In this document: piece after piece, positions 8,671 to 16,927 of the stretch
Position numbering within the stretch: the stretch's first letter is position 1
Layout of the letters: every line of letters begins with the position of its first letter
IMG/VR virus record: IMGVR_UViG_3300031454_000241
Coordinates: 61 to 64,060 of that record
DNA: 64,000 nt
Origin: a virus
Lineage: Duplodnaviria > Caudoviricetes
Reading direction: 5' to 3' (one strand)
Made by a program: the position numbers and the translations under genes
The notes under the pieces: generated by a model
The model's database searches: none
The model's input: the letters and a program-made list of their open reading frames with translations, nothing else
Told to the model about the DNA's origin: nothing

Positions 8671-8949
8671 TCAGACGACGGGCGGCTTCTTGAAGATGGT
8701 CAATCCAGGTTTGGCGGCCTCAGCCCCGTTCTGGACAGCGGTCACGATCAGCGTGCTGAGGATGATGACGTACGGGACGTACTGGGGTGGGATGTCGGTC
8801 ACGATCTGGTCGATCAGCAGGGTCAAGCCACCGCCCGAAATCAACTGAAGCAGGGTCCTCGCGATCCGCTGCCAGAAATCCCGGGCCGTGGTGAGCTGCT
8901 GCTTGCCAGGATCGGTGACGGGAACGGCGACGTCAACGGTGTCGGTCAT
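8671..8949 (-). CDS. Holin (two TM helices)
   Basis: 92 aa, two hydrophobic segments, basic C-terminus, last gene of the lysis cassette. Confidence 0.75.
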   Translation of the reverse strand: MTDTVDVAVPVTDPGKQQLTTARDFWQRIARTLLQLISGGGLTLLIDQIVTDIPPQYVPYVIILSTLIVTAVQNGAEAAKPGLTIFKKPPVV

Positions 8950-9011
8950 GGTGAAAACCTTTCAGTGAGGTAGGGGTTGGAGAAAGAAACGGCCAGTTTG
9001 TTGACAGCGGG

Positions 9012-10001
9012 TCAGGCCGCGGCCTCTCCACTGACCTCTCGCAGCTTGCCGCCTTCGGCGATCACCGTGAATCCATCCGAGAACCGGAATACACGAGCAT
9101 TGCCGGATTGAGTGACCTCGCTCAATTGCGGCCAGACGCCCAAACGCTTGCCCCGCGCCAGCCACAGCTTCGTCAGGATGCCGTTCGGATCGAAACTGAA
9201 CGTCATCGCCTTGTCGCCGTTGGACGTGGCTTTGCCGAACCAGCCCTGCACCATCGCGAGGTTGACACCGGGCGGCAACAGCAGTGCGGTCGGCGGGGCA
9301 GCCGGGACAGGAGTGGGTACCGGCGCGGGCTTGACGACGACCGGCGGGGTGGCGGCAGTCTCGACCGCGGCGGTCTGAGCCGCCTTGAGGATGGCGCGGA
9401 CCCGAACGATCAGCGACTCGGTGCGGGCGCGGACGGCGGCGTTGGGGCAGGTGGTGCGCTTCTCACCGTTGAACTCCCCGTGCCAGTAGACGAACGTGAC
9501 GCCGGTCTTCGGGTTGATCGGCCACACGTCGTGCGGGATCGCGTTGTAGTCCGCCCAGAACGCGACGAGGTTCGCCATGTTCTCGAAGGCCACGTCGCTG
9601 ACGGGGGACGATCCCCCGCCCGCCACCTCGACGGAGATGCCGTCCCGGTTGATCGCGTAAACCCCGAGCTTGGCAACCAGCGCCGGAGCATCGCCGGACG
9701 GCAACTGGTAGGGGCCACTTGCGTAGCCGGACTGGCGCGATAAGGGATCGGTCCAGCGGACGATCCGGCCACCGACGTTATCGAGGCCATAGTCGGTCCG
9801 GGCACGGGCGCGGGCATCGCCGAGGAAGTAGCCCTCGGTGCCCATCAGGCCGGACCACCCGGCACCGCCGTAGGTGCTGTGCAGGACCACGAATAGGGCC
9901 CGGCGGGGGCCTAGATCGTCCCAGGCGGTGTTCCAGCCGGGGTCCATATCGTGATGCTCCACGAGTGGGGCCGTGACGTTGCCGAAGGTGAGGGTAGTCA
10001 T
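9012..10001 (-). CDS. Endolysin, N-acetylmuramoyl-L-alanine amidase (Amidase_2) with Pro/Ala linker and C-terminal domain
   Basis: FVVLH, GISVE, YWHGEF, TTCP Zn/catalytic residues intact. Confidence 0.85.
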   Translation of the reverse strand: MTTLTFGNVTAPLVEHHDMDPGWNTAWDDLGPRRALFVVLHSTYGGAGWSGLMGTEGYFLGDARARARTDYGLDNVGGRIVRWTDPLSRQSGYASGPYQLPSGDAPALVAKLGVYAINRDGISVEVAGGGSSPVSDVAFENMANLVAFWADYNAIPHDVWPINPKTGVTFVYWHGEFNGEKRTTCPNAAVRARTESLIVRVRAILKAAQTAAVETAATPPVVVKPAPVPTPVPAAPPTALLLPPGVNLAMVQGWFGKATSNGDKAMTFSFDPNGILTKLWLARGKRLGVWPQLSEVTQSGNARVFRFSDGFTVIAEGGKLREVSGEAAA

Positions 10002-10738
10002 GGCATGATGTCCTTTCGGTCGATCACGAGGACGCACTCCCCGTCCTCTGCAAGCAGTCGTTCAATGAGTGAGTACGGGATCATCGTGACGGGCCAGCCG
10101 CGTTCATTCGGATGCCAGTCCCGATCACTCAATCCCCACGAGTTCGGCGTTCCGAAGGCCTCGTACCGATCACTGACGCGGTTGAGGGCGTAGGCGTGCC
10201 CACCCGCGAGCCGCCCGAGATCGGCGGTCCCCTCGGGCAACCAGTACATCGTTCCGCGCTTCACCGGCTCGAACATCCGCTCGTACCAGTTCGAGCCCAT
10301 CACGCAGACCTTGCCGGCCTGAATCGCGGCGCGGATGTCGGTGATGCTGCGGGCCCATTCGTTGCGCTCGACACCAAGGGCGGGGTCTGGCTGACTGGCC
10401 TTGCCGCCGATGATGGGTACCGGGCCAATGTCGCGCAGCACGTCGTAGGCGACCCGGAGGTACGTGCCGTCCTCGTTCGGGATGCTGTCGCGATTCTTGC
10501 ACTGCCGGTACAACCAGATGGGGTCAAAGGTGATGCGTTCGGACAGGGATCGCTCCTGCGATGACGAATAGCCGACGCACATGGAGGTCGCCCCCTGGTC
10601 GTAAATGCGACGCCAAGTGCTGCTGAGACCGATGGTGCGCTCGCAGACCGCCGGGGGCGCGGCCAGTCGGCGCATCGGATACTTGTCGACATGATCAAAG
10701 TCACTTGGCACCAGTCTCCCTAATGAACGAACGGTCAT
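9998..10738 (-). CDS. Papain-like (C1) cysteine peptidase
   Basis: DQGATSMCVGY (Gln...Cys), GGHAY (His), NSWG (Asn) catalytic motifs. Confidence 0.85.
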   Translation of the reverse strand: MTVRSLGRLVPSDFDHVDKYPMRRLAAPPAVCERTIGLSSTWRRIYDQGATSMCVGYSSSQERSLSERITFDPIWLYRQCKNRDSIPNEDGTYLRVAYDVLRDIGPVPIIGGKASQPDPALGVERNEWARSITDIRAAIQAGKVCVMGSNWYERMFEPVKRGTMYWLPEGTADLGRLAGGHAYALNRVSDRYEAFGTPNSWGLSDRDWHPNERGWPVTMIPYSLIERLLAEDGECVLVIDRKDIMP

Positions 10739-11148
10739 GCGGTCTCTCCTGTCGTGATGGGATGGCCGGAGCCGTCGGTCGGGACGGCCTGTCCGGCCGC
10801 GATCATGTCGGCCGCGAGGTTGCGGAGCTCACCGTGCGCATCCGGGGCGTACCAGACTTCGGCCAACAGCCGCTCGTAACTCAGCCGGTCCCACCGGCTC
10901 TTGAGCCAGATACGTTGACCGAGGACGTGCTCGGTTAGCCAGACGGTCGCCGCCTCCCCAGCCGCGAGAGTCAGCCCCTTTCGCTCAGGCGCGTCCGCGT
11001 AGAGCACACGGATGCTGACCTCACCGAATTGCTTGCGACCGTGATCGAGCATGCACACGAACGTGTCACCGTCTCGGATCGTCTCGCCGGTGGTGATCCG
11101 CATCACCGTCGCCCGGTAGTGGTACAGCGGGAACTCATCGACATTCAT
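10735..11148 (-). CDS. Thermonuclease (SNase-like)
   Basis: DGDT, IRVLYADAPE, DRLSYERLLAEV motifs. Confidence 0.85.
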   Translation of the reverse strand: MNVDEFPLYHYRATVMRITTGETIRDGDTFVCMLDHGRKQFGEVSIRVLYADAPERKGLTLAAGEAATVWLTEHVLGQRIWLKSRWDRLSYERLLAEVWYAPDAHGELRNLAADMIAAGQAVPTDGSGHPITTGETA

Positions 11149-11717
11149 GGCTGCTCATTCCGTTCGTCGTCCCGAACCTGCTGGGCGTCCTCGCGAGCGT
11201 CGATGCGGTCGGTCTGGGCGTCGATCCGGCCCTCCCGAATGTCCCGCCGAACATCGCGCCGATCCTGTCGGCCCTTGACCGCCGTTGACCCGGTGCGAGC
11301 GATCTCACCGATTCGCAGCCCGAGTCCCCGCCAATCCAGAGCGAACAGCAGCGCGATCATCGTGGTGATGAGCAACGCCCGCGTGCCCAGTTGCACACTT
11401 TTCGGGATGGGTGTTGCCGCCAGCAGAAATACCATCCAGTACGCAACGCAGAGGGTCACCACGACGGTCATGATCCGACGCGCTAGGAGCGTCCAACGGA
11501 TGGTCATCACCCCGATGAACACCGCCCAGACGGTCAGCATCACGGCGATCAGCAGACCGGTCAGCCCCAACACCGCGCTTTTCCCGAGCGTGTAATCGAG
11601 CACGATGACGCCGCTCATCAGGCACAGGTAGATCGCCGCCCACGGCAGGAGCCGGTGAAGGAATCGAATCACCGCCCCTGGACGATGCTGGCGGAGCTCT
11701 CGAATCAGTGTCCTCAT
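11145..11717 (-). CDS. Multi-pass membrane protein
   Basis: Four hydrophobic helices and a highly charged C-terminal tail. Confidence 0.7.
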   Translation of the reverse strand: MRTLIRELRQHRPGAVIRFLHRLLPWAAIYLCLMSGVIVLDYTLGKSAVLGLTGLLIAVMLTVWAVFIGVMTIRWTLLARRIMTVVVTLCVAYWMVFLLAATPIPKSVQLGTRALLITTMIALLFALDWRGLGLRIGEIARTGSTAVKGRQDRRDVRRDIREGRIDAQTDRIDAREDAQQVRDDERNEQP

Positions 11718-11953
11718 GGTCGTCGCTCCCGTCGTTCGTCTGTCAGACCGTCAAGGGCATCGGCCAGAAAGTTGCCGCTCGCTACGCGATCCCGGCTCCG
11801 GGACGTGGCGACCCTCGCCATCCGGACCGACTGGTCCGCCTGTGCATGGATGTCGGTGCGGGCTCGATGAATCTCCCGCACGAGTTCCTCGCCGTCGTCC
11901 GCGTCGCGGCGAACGGGCCGCGTCCGATGAAGGAACCGGCTGAATATGCCCAT
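11714..11953 (-). CDS. Small basic hypothetical protein
   Basis: TGATG/ATGA-coupled at both ends. Confidence 0.55.
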   Translation of the reverse strand: MGIFSRFLHRTRPVRRDADDGEELVREIHRARTDIHAQADQSVRMARVATSRSRDRVASGNFLADALDGLTDERRERRP

Positions 11954-12306
11954 CACTCCTGCCCATCCTGACGCGCGCCAGGCGGTATCCCTGGGGTTGG
12001 CGACGGCGAACCCGGCGGCGACGCCACCATGCGAAGGAGAAGCTCGCGCTCCCGCGCCGCCTGCTCGCGCTCCTGATGGTTGGCCTCGATCACTTTCCTG
12101 GCGGCGTCGTTCGACTCGCGCAGCAGCGCCGTCCCCGCGTCCTTCAGCGTCTCGTTCTGCTTTTCGAGCGTCGCGTTCCGGATCACGACATCCTGATATG
12201 TCGACCCCAGAACGATCCACTTCCGGTAGAACGAGTAGATCGCGAGCATCAGGCCGCCCGAAAGACCGCCCTTCGCGACCCAGTCGCCGATATCCGTTGG
12301 CGTCAT
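11953..12306 (-). CDS. Holin-like protein (one TM plus coiled coil)
   Basis: GGLSGGLMLAIYSFY TM segment followed by heptads; directly after the lysin. Confidence 0.6.
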   Translation of the reverse strand: MTPTDIGDWVAKGGLSGGLMLAIYSFYRKWIVLGSTYQDVVIRNATLEKQNETLKDAGTALLRESNDAARKVIEANHQEREQAARERELLLRMVASPPGSPSPTPGIPPGARQDGQE

Positions 12307-12358
12307 CGTTCGTTCCGATCCAGATGGGTTGAACGGCCATCACGCATCCTTTCGTACT

Positions 12359-15352
12359 TCATATCGGTTCGACCCCAACCGTGCCGGTATCCGAACTGAT
12401 GACGCGATAGCCGTCCTCAAACCCAAAGACCAGCGACGTCTTGACGCCGGTGGTCAGGGTGCCGGTGTTACCAATGTTGGTAAAACTGTCATCGTTCTGA
12501 ACGACCGTCTTGAGCTGTGGCCATTTGCCGGTGGCCGTACCACGCGCCGCCCAGACGCCCGATATTGGTCCCGTGCTGTCATATTGGAAGGTCCTTGTGG
12601 GGTTGTCCCCGCCTTCGCCGATCAGCGTCACCGAGCCGAACCGTCCCTGGAGCTGAGCGATCGTCACGCCGGGCGGCACGGTCAGGACCGGCGGCCGCGT
12701 CGGGGACGGCGTGGCGGGGTTGGGGAGCGCCGGCGTCGTGGCCGACCCGCCCGAGCCCTGGTAGGACTTGAGGATCACCCGGACGACTTCGATGAGCTGC
12801 GTGGTGTAGTTCTTGACCGTCGCGCCGGGACAGTCCTTGCCCCCGTTGAACTCGGAGTGCCAGTAGATGAAGGTCAGGCCGGTCCGGGGACTGATCGGCC
12901 ACTGGTCCCACGGGATCTTGCTCTGGTCGGCCCAATAGGCGATGAGCTTCGCGAGCTGGTCCTTGGCGCCAGCGCTGACCGGATCGCTATAGCCGCCGGC
13001 GATCTCGATGGAGATACCGTCGCGGTTGATCGCGGAGATGCCGTACTTCGCCACCAGCGCGATCCCGTCGCCCGGCGGGCTGGTCCACGGTCCCGATGCC
13101 CACGGCGACATAGTGCCGAGCGGGTTGGTCCACCGCATGGTCTCGCCACTGAGATGGTCCATGCCGTAGTCGGTCCGGGCACTGAAGCGAGCATCGGTGC
13201 GGAAGTAGGAGTCGGTGCCGTAGAGGGAGCCGAGCATTCGGTGCAGCACGATGAACATGGCCTTGCGCGGCCCCAGGTCGTCCCAGGCGGTGTTGAGCGA
13301 GCCGGAGATGTCCCGGACGCTGACCGGCGGCAGCGGCACCTTGCCGTAAACCAGCCCGGACGCCGGAGCGGGCGCGGCGGGGGCGCCGGCCGGGGGGTTG
13401 CGGTTCATGATCTGGCAAACGATGTCGATGTAGCGTTGGGTGTCGTTCTCGAACGACGGCGCGTAGACGTGCATCAGGTCCGAGATCGTGACGGCGTTCT
13501 TGTACGGCCCAGTGGTGCTGAGCAACCGGGTGCGCCAGTCCGCGACGCAGGCGGCGAAGGTCGGGTAACGGAACCAGGTGTGGGCGCCGTTGGCGTAGCC
13601 CGATGCGAGCGAGAGGAAGTTGTGGCTGTTCGCGTAGCTACCCGTCTGAGCAGGTGAGTAATACGTCGAGTGCTGCTGCTCGTGCTTGGAGATGGCCAGC
13701 ATCAGCCGGCCGAGGTCCCCGGCGGCCGCCAGCAAGTCGGCGGCTCCGGAGACCAGCGGCGACCCGGCGACGGTGCGGAACTCGGTCTGCGCGGAACCGA
13801 CCGTCGTGCTGCCGGAGCCCCGCCACGGGGTCGACCCCGTCACGGTGGCGGGGCCGACCGGCGCTGTCGGGGCGCCACTATCGACGTAGGGCGCGATCCG
13901 GCGGGCACCGAGGTAGCGGGGCCGGAAGTACGTGCTGAACGGATCATCGACCCTGAGGCCGATTTGCTCGTTGAACGCGTTGACCATCTGGCCGGGTCGA
14001 ATGTAGATGCCGACATGGGAGCAGTCGCGGTAGCCGTTGTCGTCGGTGTCGTAGCAAAGGATGTCGCCGGGCCGCAGGTTGGCTTCCGCCACCGCGGTGC
14101 CGGTCGTCCACTGGGCCTGTGAGCCGGGGCTGATCGTGACACCCCCGGCGACGCGCCAGCAGTACGATGTCAAGCCGGAGTTGTGAACGACGATCCCGTC
14201 CGCGACGAAGTTGCCACCGTCTGCGACTTCGAGATCGTAGGTATCCGCCTCCCCAGCCGGGCCAATGCCGAGGATCGGCTTGATCGTCCACGAATAACCG
14301 TCCTGTTCAGCTATCTCGTGAATCTGTGTATGGGTTTGATAAAGCGTGTGATTCGCATCCCGCCCCCCACTCCATACGCAGAATGAGTGAAGTGGCCGGG
14401 CATGCTTGACCAACTTGCCCTTGATCGTGATGGGCTTGATCCGTTGATGGGTACTGACATTGCTGACGGCATCCCCCAGCAGGACATGAAGCATCCGAAC
14501 CTCTCCAATGAGGTCAGAGGACGACGACGCATAGGTTCGTTCGCCATGCTTCTTTGTATTACCGGGGATACTCCCGTCGGCCTCACAGTACCCGTCAAGG
14601 AATGCCCGCTGCGCAGCGGCACTCCATCCCCAGACGCACTTGGGAACTCGCTTCTCGTGGGCGTGAACATCCAGACCCATTGCGACGAACGGTCGCGCAA
14701 GTGTCACTGCTGATGTCGCCAGACCATAGGAATCACCAAAGGTCGGTGTGCAGCCGCTCAGTCGGTTGATGATCGCGGCGGCGCGGTCACGCGTTTCGCC
14801 GTAGACGCAGATGCGGAGATGATATTGACCAATCTTGTTCACTCCAACATTGCCGTCACCGATGATGAGCCCCAGCAGCCAGGCGTAGTCGAGGTCGGTA
14901 TCGTTGATCTGCTCATTGTTGGCGTGGCGCATGACGACGATCCTGTCGCCTCGGGACAGTTCGTCAAGGCGACACCACTCGAATACGTGCTCGTTTCGGC
15001 GTTGCCCCTTCCCCTTGATCGGCAGCTTGTTCCCGGTCTTGCGGACGCGCAGGAACGGATGATTGGCGGACGCGGTGATCGCTCGTCCCTGTGTCCGGAG
15101 TCGGAAGACCGGCTGATGCTTGGACTTCCATGCCGCCGTGACTGGCCTCGACTCAAACCGTCCATCAATCCATGACCACACCATGTCTCCGGTGGTGATC
15201 TCATCCATGCGCTTGGTCATGTCAGGGCCGCTGACCAACGTGTCGCCAGTCAGGCAGCAATCGAAGGATGACCCCCCTTTGGCTCCCCAAACGTAGGGCT
15301 TGCCAATATGCGTGCGGGCTTCAGCGGCAACCAGATCGCCGGGGTTCGCCAT
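12359..15352 (-). CDS. Multidomain lysin: NlpC/P60 (intein-split) + glucosaminidase-like domain + Amidase_2 + C-terminal domain
   Basis: GKPYVWGA..FDC|SG, LRPGDIL, SHVGIY (NlpC/P60); SKHE...YAP (lysozyme-like, GH73-type); VLH/SIE/WH/DCP (amidase); GGAGG RBS. Confidence 0.85.
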   Translation of the reverse strand: MANPGDLVAAEARTHIGKPYVWGAKGGSSFDCCLTGDTLVSGPDMTKRMDEITTGDMVWSWIDGRFESRPVTAAWKSKHQPVFRLRTQGRAITASANHPFLRVRKTGNKLPIKGKGQRRNEHVFEWCRLDELSRGDRIVVMRHANNEQINDTDLDYAWLLGLIIGDGNVGVNKIGQYHLRICVYGETRDRAAAIINRLSGCTPTFGDSYGLATSAVTLARPFVAMGLDVHAHEKRVPKCVWGWSAAAQRAFLDGYCEADGSIPGNTKKHGERTYASSSSDLIGEVRMLHVLLGDAVSNVSTHQRIKPITIKGKLVKHARPLHSFCVWSGGRDANHTLYQTHTQIHEIAEQDGYSWTIKPILGIGPAGEADTYDLEVADGGNFVADGIVVHNSGLTSYCWRVAGGVTISPGSQAQWTTGTAVAEANLRPGDILCYDTDDNGYRDCSHVGIYIRPGQMVNAFNEQIGLRVDDPFSTYFRPRYLGARRIAPYVDSGAPTAPVGPATVTGSTPWRGSGSTTVGSAQTEFRTVAGSPLVSGAADLLAAAGDLGRLMLAISKHEQQHSTYYSPAQTGSYANSHNFLSLASGYANGAHTWFRYPTFAACVADWRTRLLSTTGPYKNAVTISDLMHVYAPSFENDTQRYIDIVCQIMNRNPPAGAPAAPAPASGLVYGKVPLPPVSVRDISGSLNTAWDDLGPRKAMFIVLHRMLGSLYGTDSYFRTDARFSARTDYGMDHLSGETMRWTNPLGTMSPWASGPWTSPPGDGIALVAKYGISAINRDGISIEIAGGYSDPVSAGAKDQLAKLIAYWADQSKIPWDQWPISPRTGLTFIYWHSEFNGGKDCPGATVKNYTTQLIEVVRVILKSYQGSGGSATTPALPNPATPSPTRPPVLTVPPGVTIAQLQGRFGSVTLIGEGGDNPTRTFQYDSTGPISGVWAARGTATGKWPQLKTVVQNDDSFTNIGNTGTLTTGVKTSLVFGFEDGYRVISSDTGTVGVEPI
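14180..15256 (-). mobile_element. Intein (359 aa) with LAGLIDADG homing endonuclease, in the NlpC/P60 FDC/SG motif
   Basis: Block A CLTGDTLV, block B TASANHPF, LLGLIIGDG and FLDGYCEADG, block F TYDLEV, block G NFVADGIVVHN followed by Ser+1. Confidence 0.92.
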
Positions 15353-15402
15353 GGCTCATTGCCTCCTTTCCGTCCGGGGTGACACCGTAAAGAAAACGCG
15401 AA

Positions 15403-15478
15403 GAGGCCGGCACCTGACGCTGGTGAGCGTCGCAGTGCCGGCCTCGATGGGCCTTTATGTCGATGTCCTTAGAGTATA
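15403..15478 (-). promoter_or_regulatory. TATACT -10 element followed by a long leader hairpin upstream of the lysin
   Basis: TATACT 15473-15478; stem GAGGCCGGCAC/GTGCCGGCCTC (15403-15445) with inner GACGCT-CACC-AGCGTC, then TTCGCGTTTTCTTT. Confidence 0.7.
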
Positions 15479-15485
15479 ACCCGTG

Positions 15486-15695
15486 TCAGGCGGCGTCCCG
15501 CCGGTCGGTCGGTTCGTTGATCTCGGCCCGCGTCCGCGTCAGCATCGTGACGGTCGTGCCACCCCCGCCAACCGTCGTGTAGACGTTGCATTTGCACTTG
15601 ATCCGCACCACCGCCCCCGTCGGGAGGTGGAACTGGCCGAGCATCCCCCGGCAGCCCCGGCAGTGCAGGTCGACGAGCTCCACGACGCTGCCCAT
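15486..15695 (-). CDS. Mu Com-like zinc-ribbon protein
   Basis: LHCRGCRGML...VRIKCKCN; GAGGAGG RBS. Confidence 0.7.
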   Translation of the reverse strand: MGSVVELVDLHCRGCRGMLGQFHLPTGAVVRIKCKCNVYTTVGGGGTTVTMLTRTRAEINEPTDRRDAA

Positions 15696-15700
15696 CCTCC

Positions 15701-16915
15701 TCACGCGACCCGCAGATAGACCGCCGCGCACGAGCCCAGCGCGCTCGTGCGGCCGGGGTTGACGGGCAGTGCCCCATAGGCCATCCCCACATAGAACCCG
15801 GCCTGTCGGAAGAACGTGTTGTCGATGGTGGCTTGCGTCACGCCGATGAAGCCGGTCAGCAGGGCGCCTTCGGCGATGGCCTGCAAGGTCATGGTCGCGT
15901 CGGAGAGGAACCCGATCCAGTACGCACCGGGCGCGAACGTCTGCGCCGTGACGGGCAGGACCTTGGTCCCGGCGGTGCCGCCCAGCACCCCGCTGGCGGT
16001 CATCAGCGGCGTCCCCGTCGCCACACCGTAGGCGTCCGAGGCGTACAGACCCATCTGGACACTGCCGGTCGCCGCCGCCGTCAGCCGGATCGCGAGGGCG
16101 TTGAACGTCACCGTCCGGTCCAGCACGACCCGGAACAGGCAGAGGTTGTTTCCGGTGTAGGCCTGGCTCGTGATCGCCCCGCCGAGGTAGTGGAGCGGTC
16201 CGAGGAACTCGCCCGGCAGGACAGCAGGCATCCCGCCGACGCCAGCGTGAACGTGCGTCAGCGCCGCCTTGCCGTCGAGCGCCGTCTGAGTCGCGGTGCT
16301 GATCGGCTTTGAGAGGTCGGCGACATTATCGACCAGCGCCAGTCCGACGTTCGCCTTGACCAGCCCGGTCGGGCTCGTGATCGCCGGCGCCGTCAGCGTC
16401 TTGTTCGTGAGCGTCTGCGTGTTCGTGGTGCCGACGACCGCGCCCGTCGCTCCGTGCGCCGCCGTCGCCGCCGTGTGCGTGGCGAGGGTCCCGCCGTCGG
16501 CGACCTTGCCCGTCACCGTGCCGAACAGTGCGGCCGCCGACAGGTCGGTGCCGGTCAGCGTCAGGTCGATGGACGCGGTGTCGCTGACCGTGGCGACCGC
16601 GCCGCTGCCTGCCGGTCCGGTCGCGCCCTGAATACCTTGCGCACCCGTGGCCCCGGTCGCCCCCGTTGCGCCGGTTGGGCCAGCCGATCCAGTCGTGCCG
16701 GTGTCACCCTTCGGTACCACGAAGTTGAGTGTCTGCGCCGGCGTCGTCCCCGTGATGGTCGCCGCCGCCGTCCCCTGCGCGACCGTTCCGATGGCGAGAC
16801 TGTTGGCCGGGCCGGGGCTGCCGCTCGCACCCGGAGCGCCGGGGGTGCCGGTTGATCCGGGATCGCCCTTCAGATCGACGAACGCGGTGCCGTTCCAGTA
16901 CTTGAGTCCTGGCAT
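15701..16915 (-). CDS. Tail fibre protein with collagen-like G-X-Y repeats
   Basis: GDPGSTGTPGAPGASGSPGP and GATGATGATGAQGIQGATGP runs; VGLALVDNVADLSKPISTATQTALDGKA fibre repeat. Confidence 0.85.
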   Translation of the reverse strand: MPGLKYWNGTAFVDLKGDPGSTGTPGAPGASGSPGPANSLAIGTVAQGTAAATITGTTPAQTLNFVVPKGDTGTTGSAGPTGATGATGATGAQGIQGATGPAGSGAVATVSDTASIDLTLTGTDLSAAALFGTVTGKVADGGTLATHTAATAAHGATGAVVGTTNTQTLTNKTLTAPAITSPTGLVKANVGLALVDNVADLSKPISTATQTALDGKAALTHVHAGVGGMPAVLPGEFLGPLHYLGGAITSQAYTGNNLCLFRVVLDRTVTFNALAIRLTAAATGSVQMGLYASDAYGVATGTPLMTASGVLGGTAGTKVLPVTAQTFAPGAYWIGFLSDATMTLQAIAEGALLTGFIGVTQATIDNTFFRQAGFYVGMAYGALPVNPGRTSALGSCAAVYLRVA

Positions 16916-16927
16916 GTCTCATTCCTT

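Noticed and set aside
16560-16870. GC-rich 9-nt periodicity
   Set aside because: Explained by collagen G-X-Y codons of the tail fibre.
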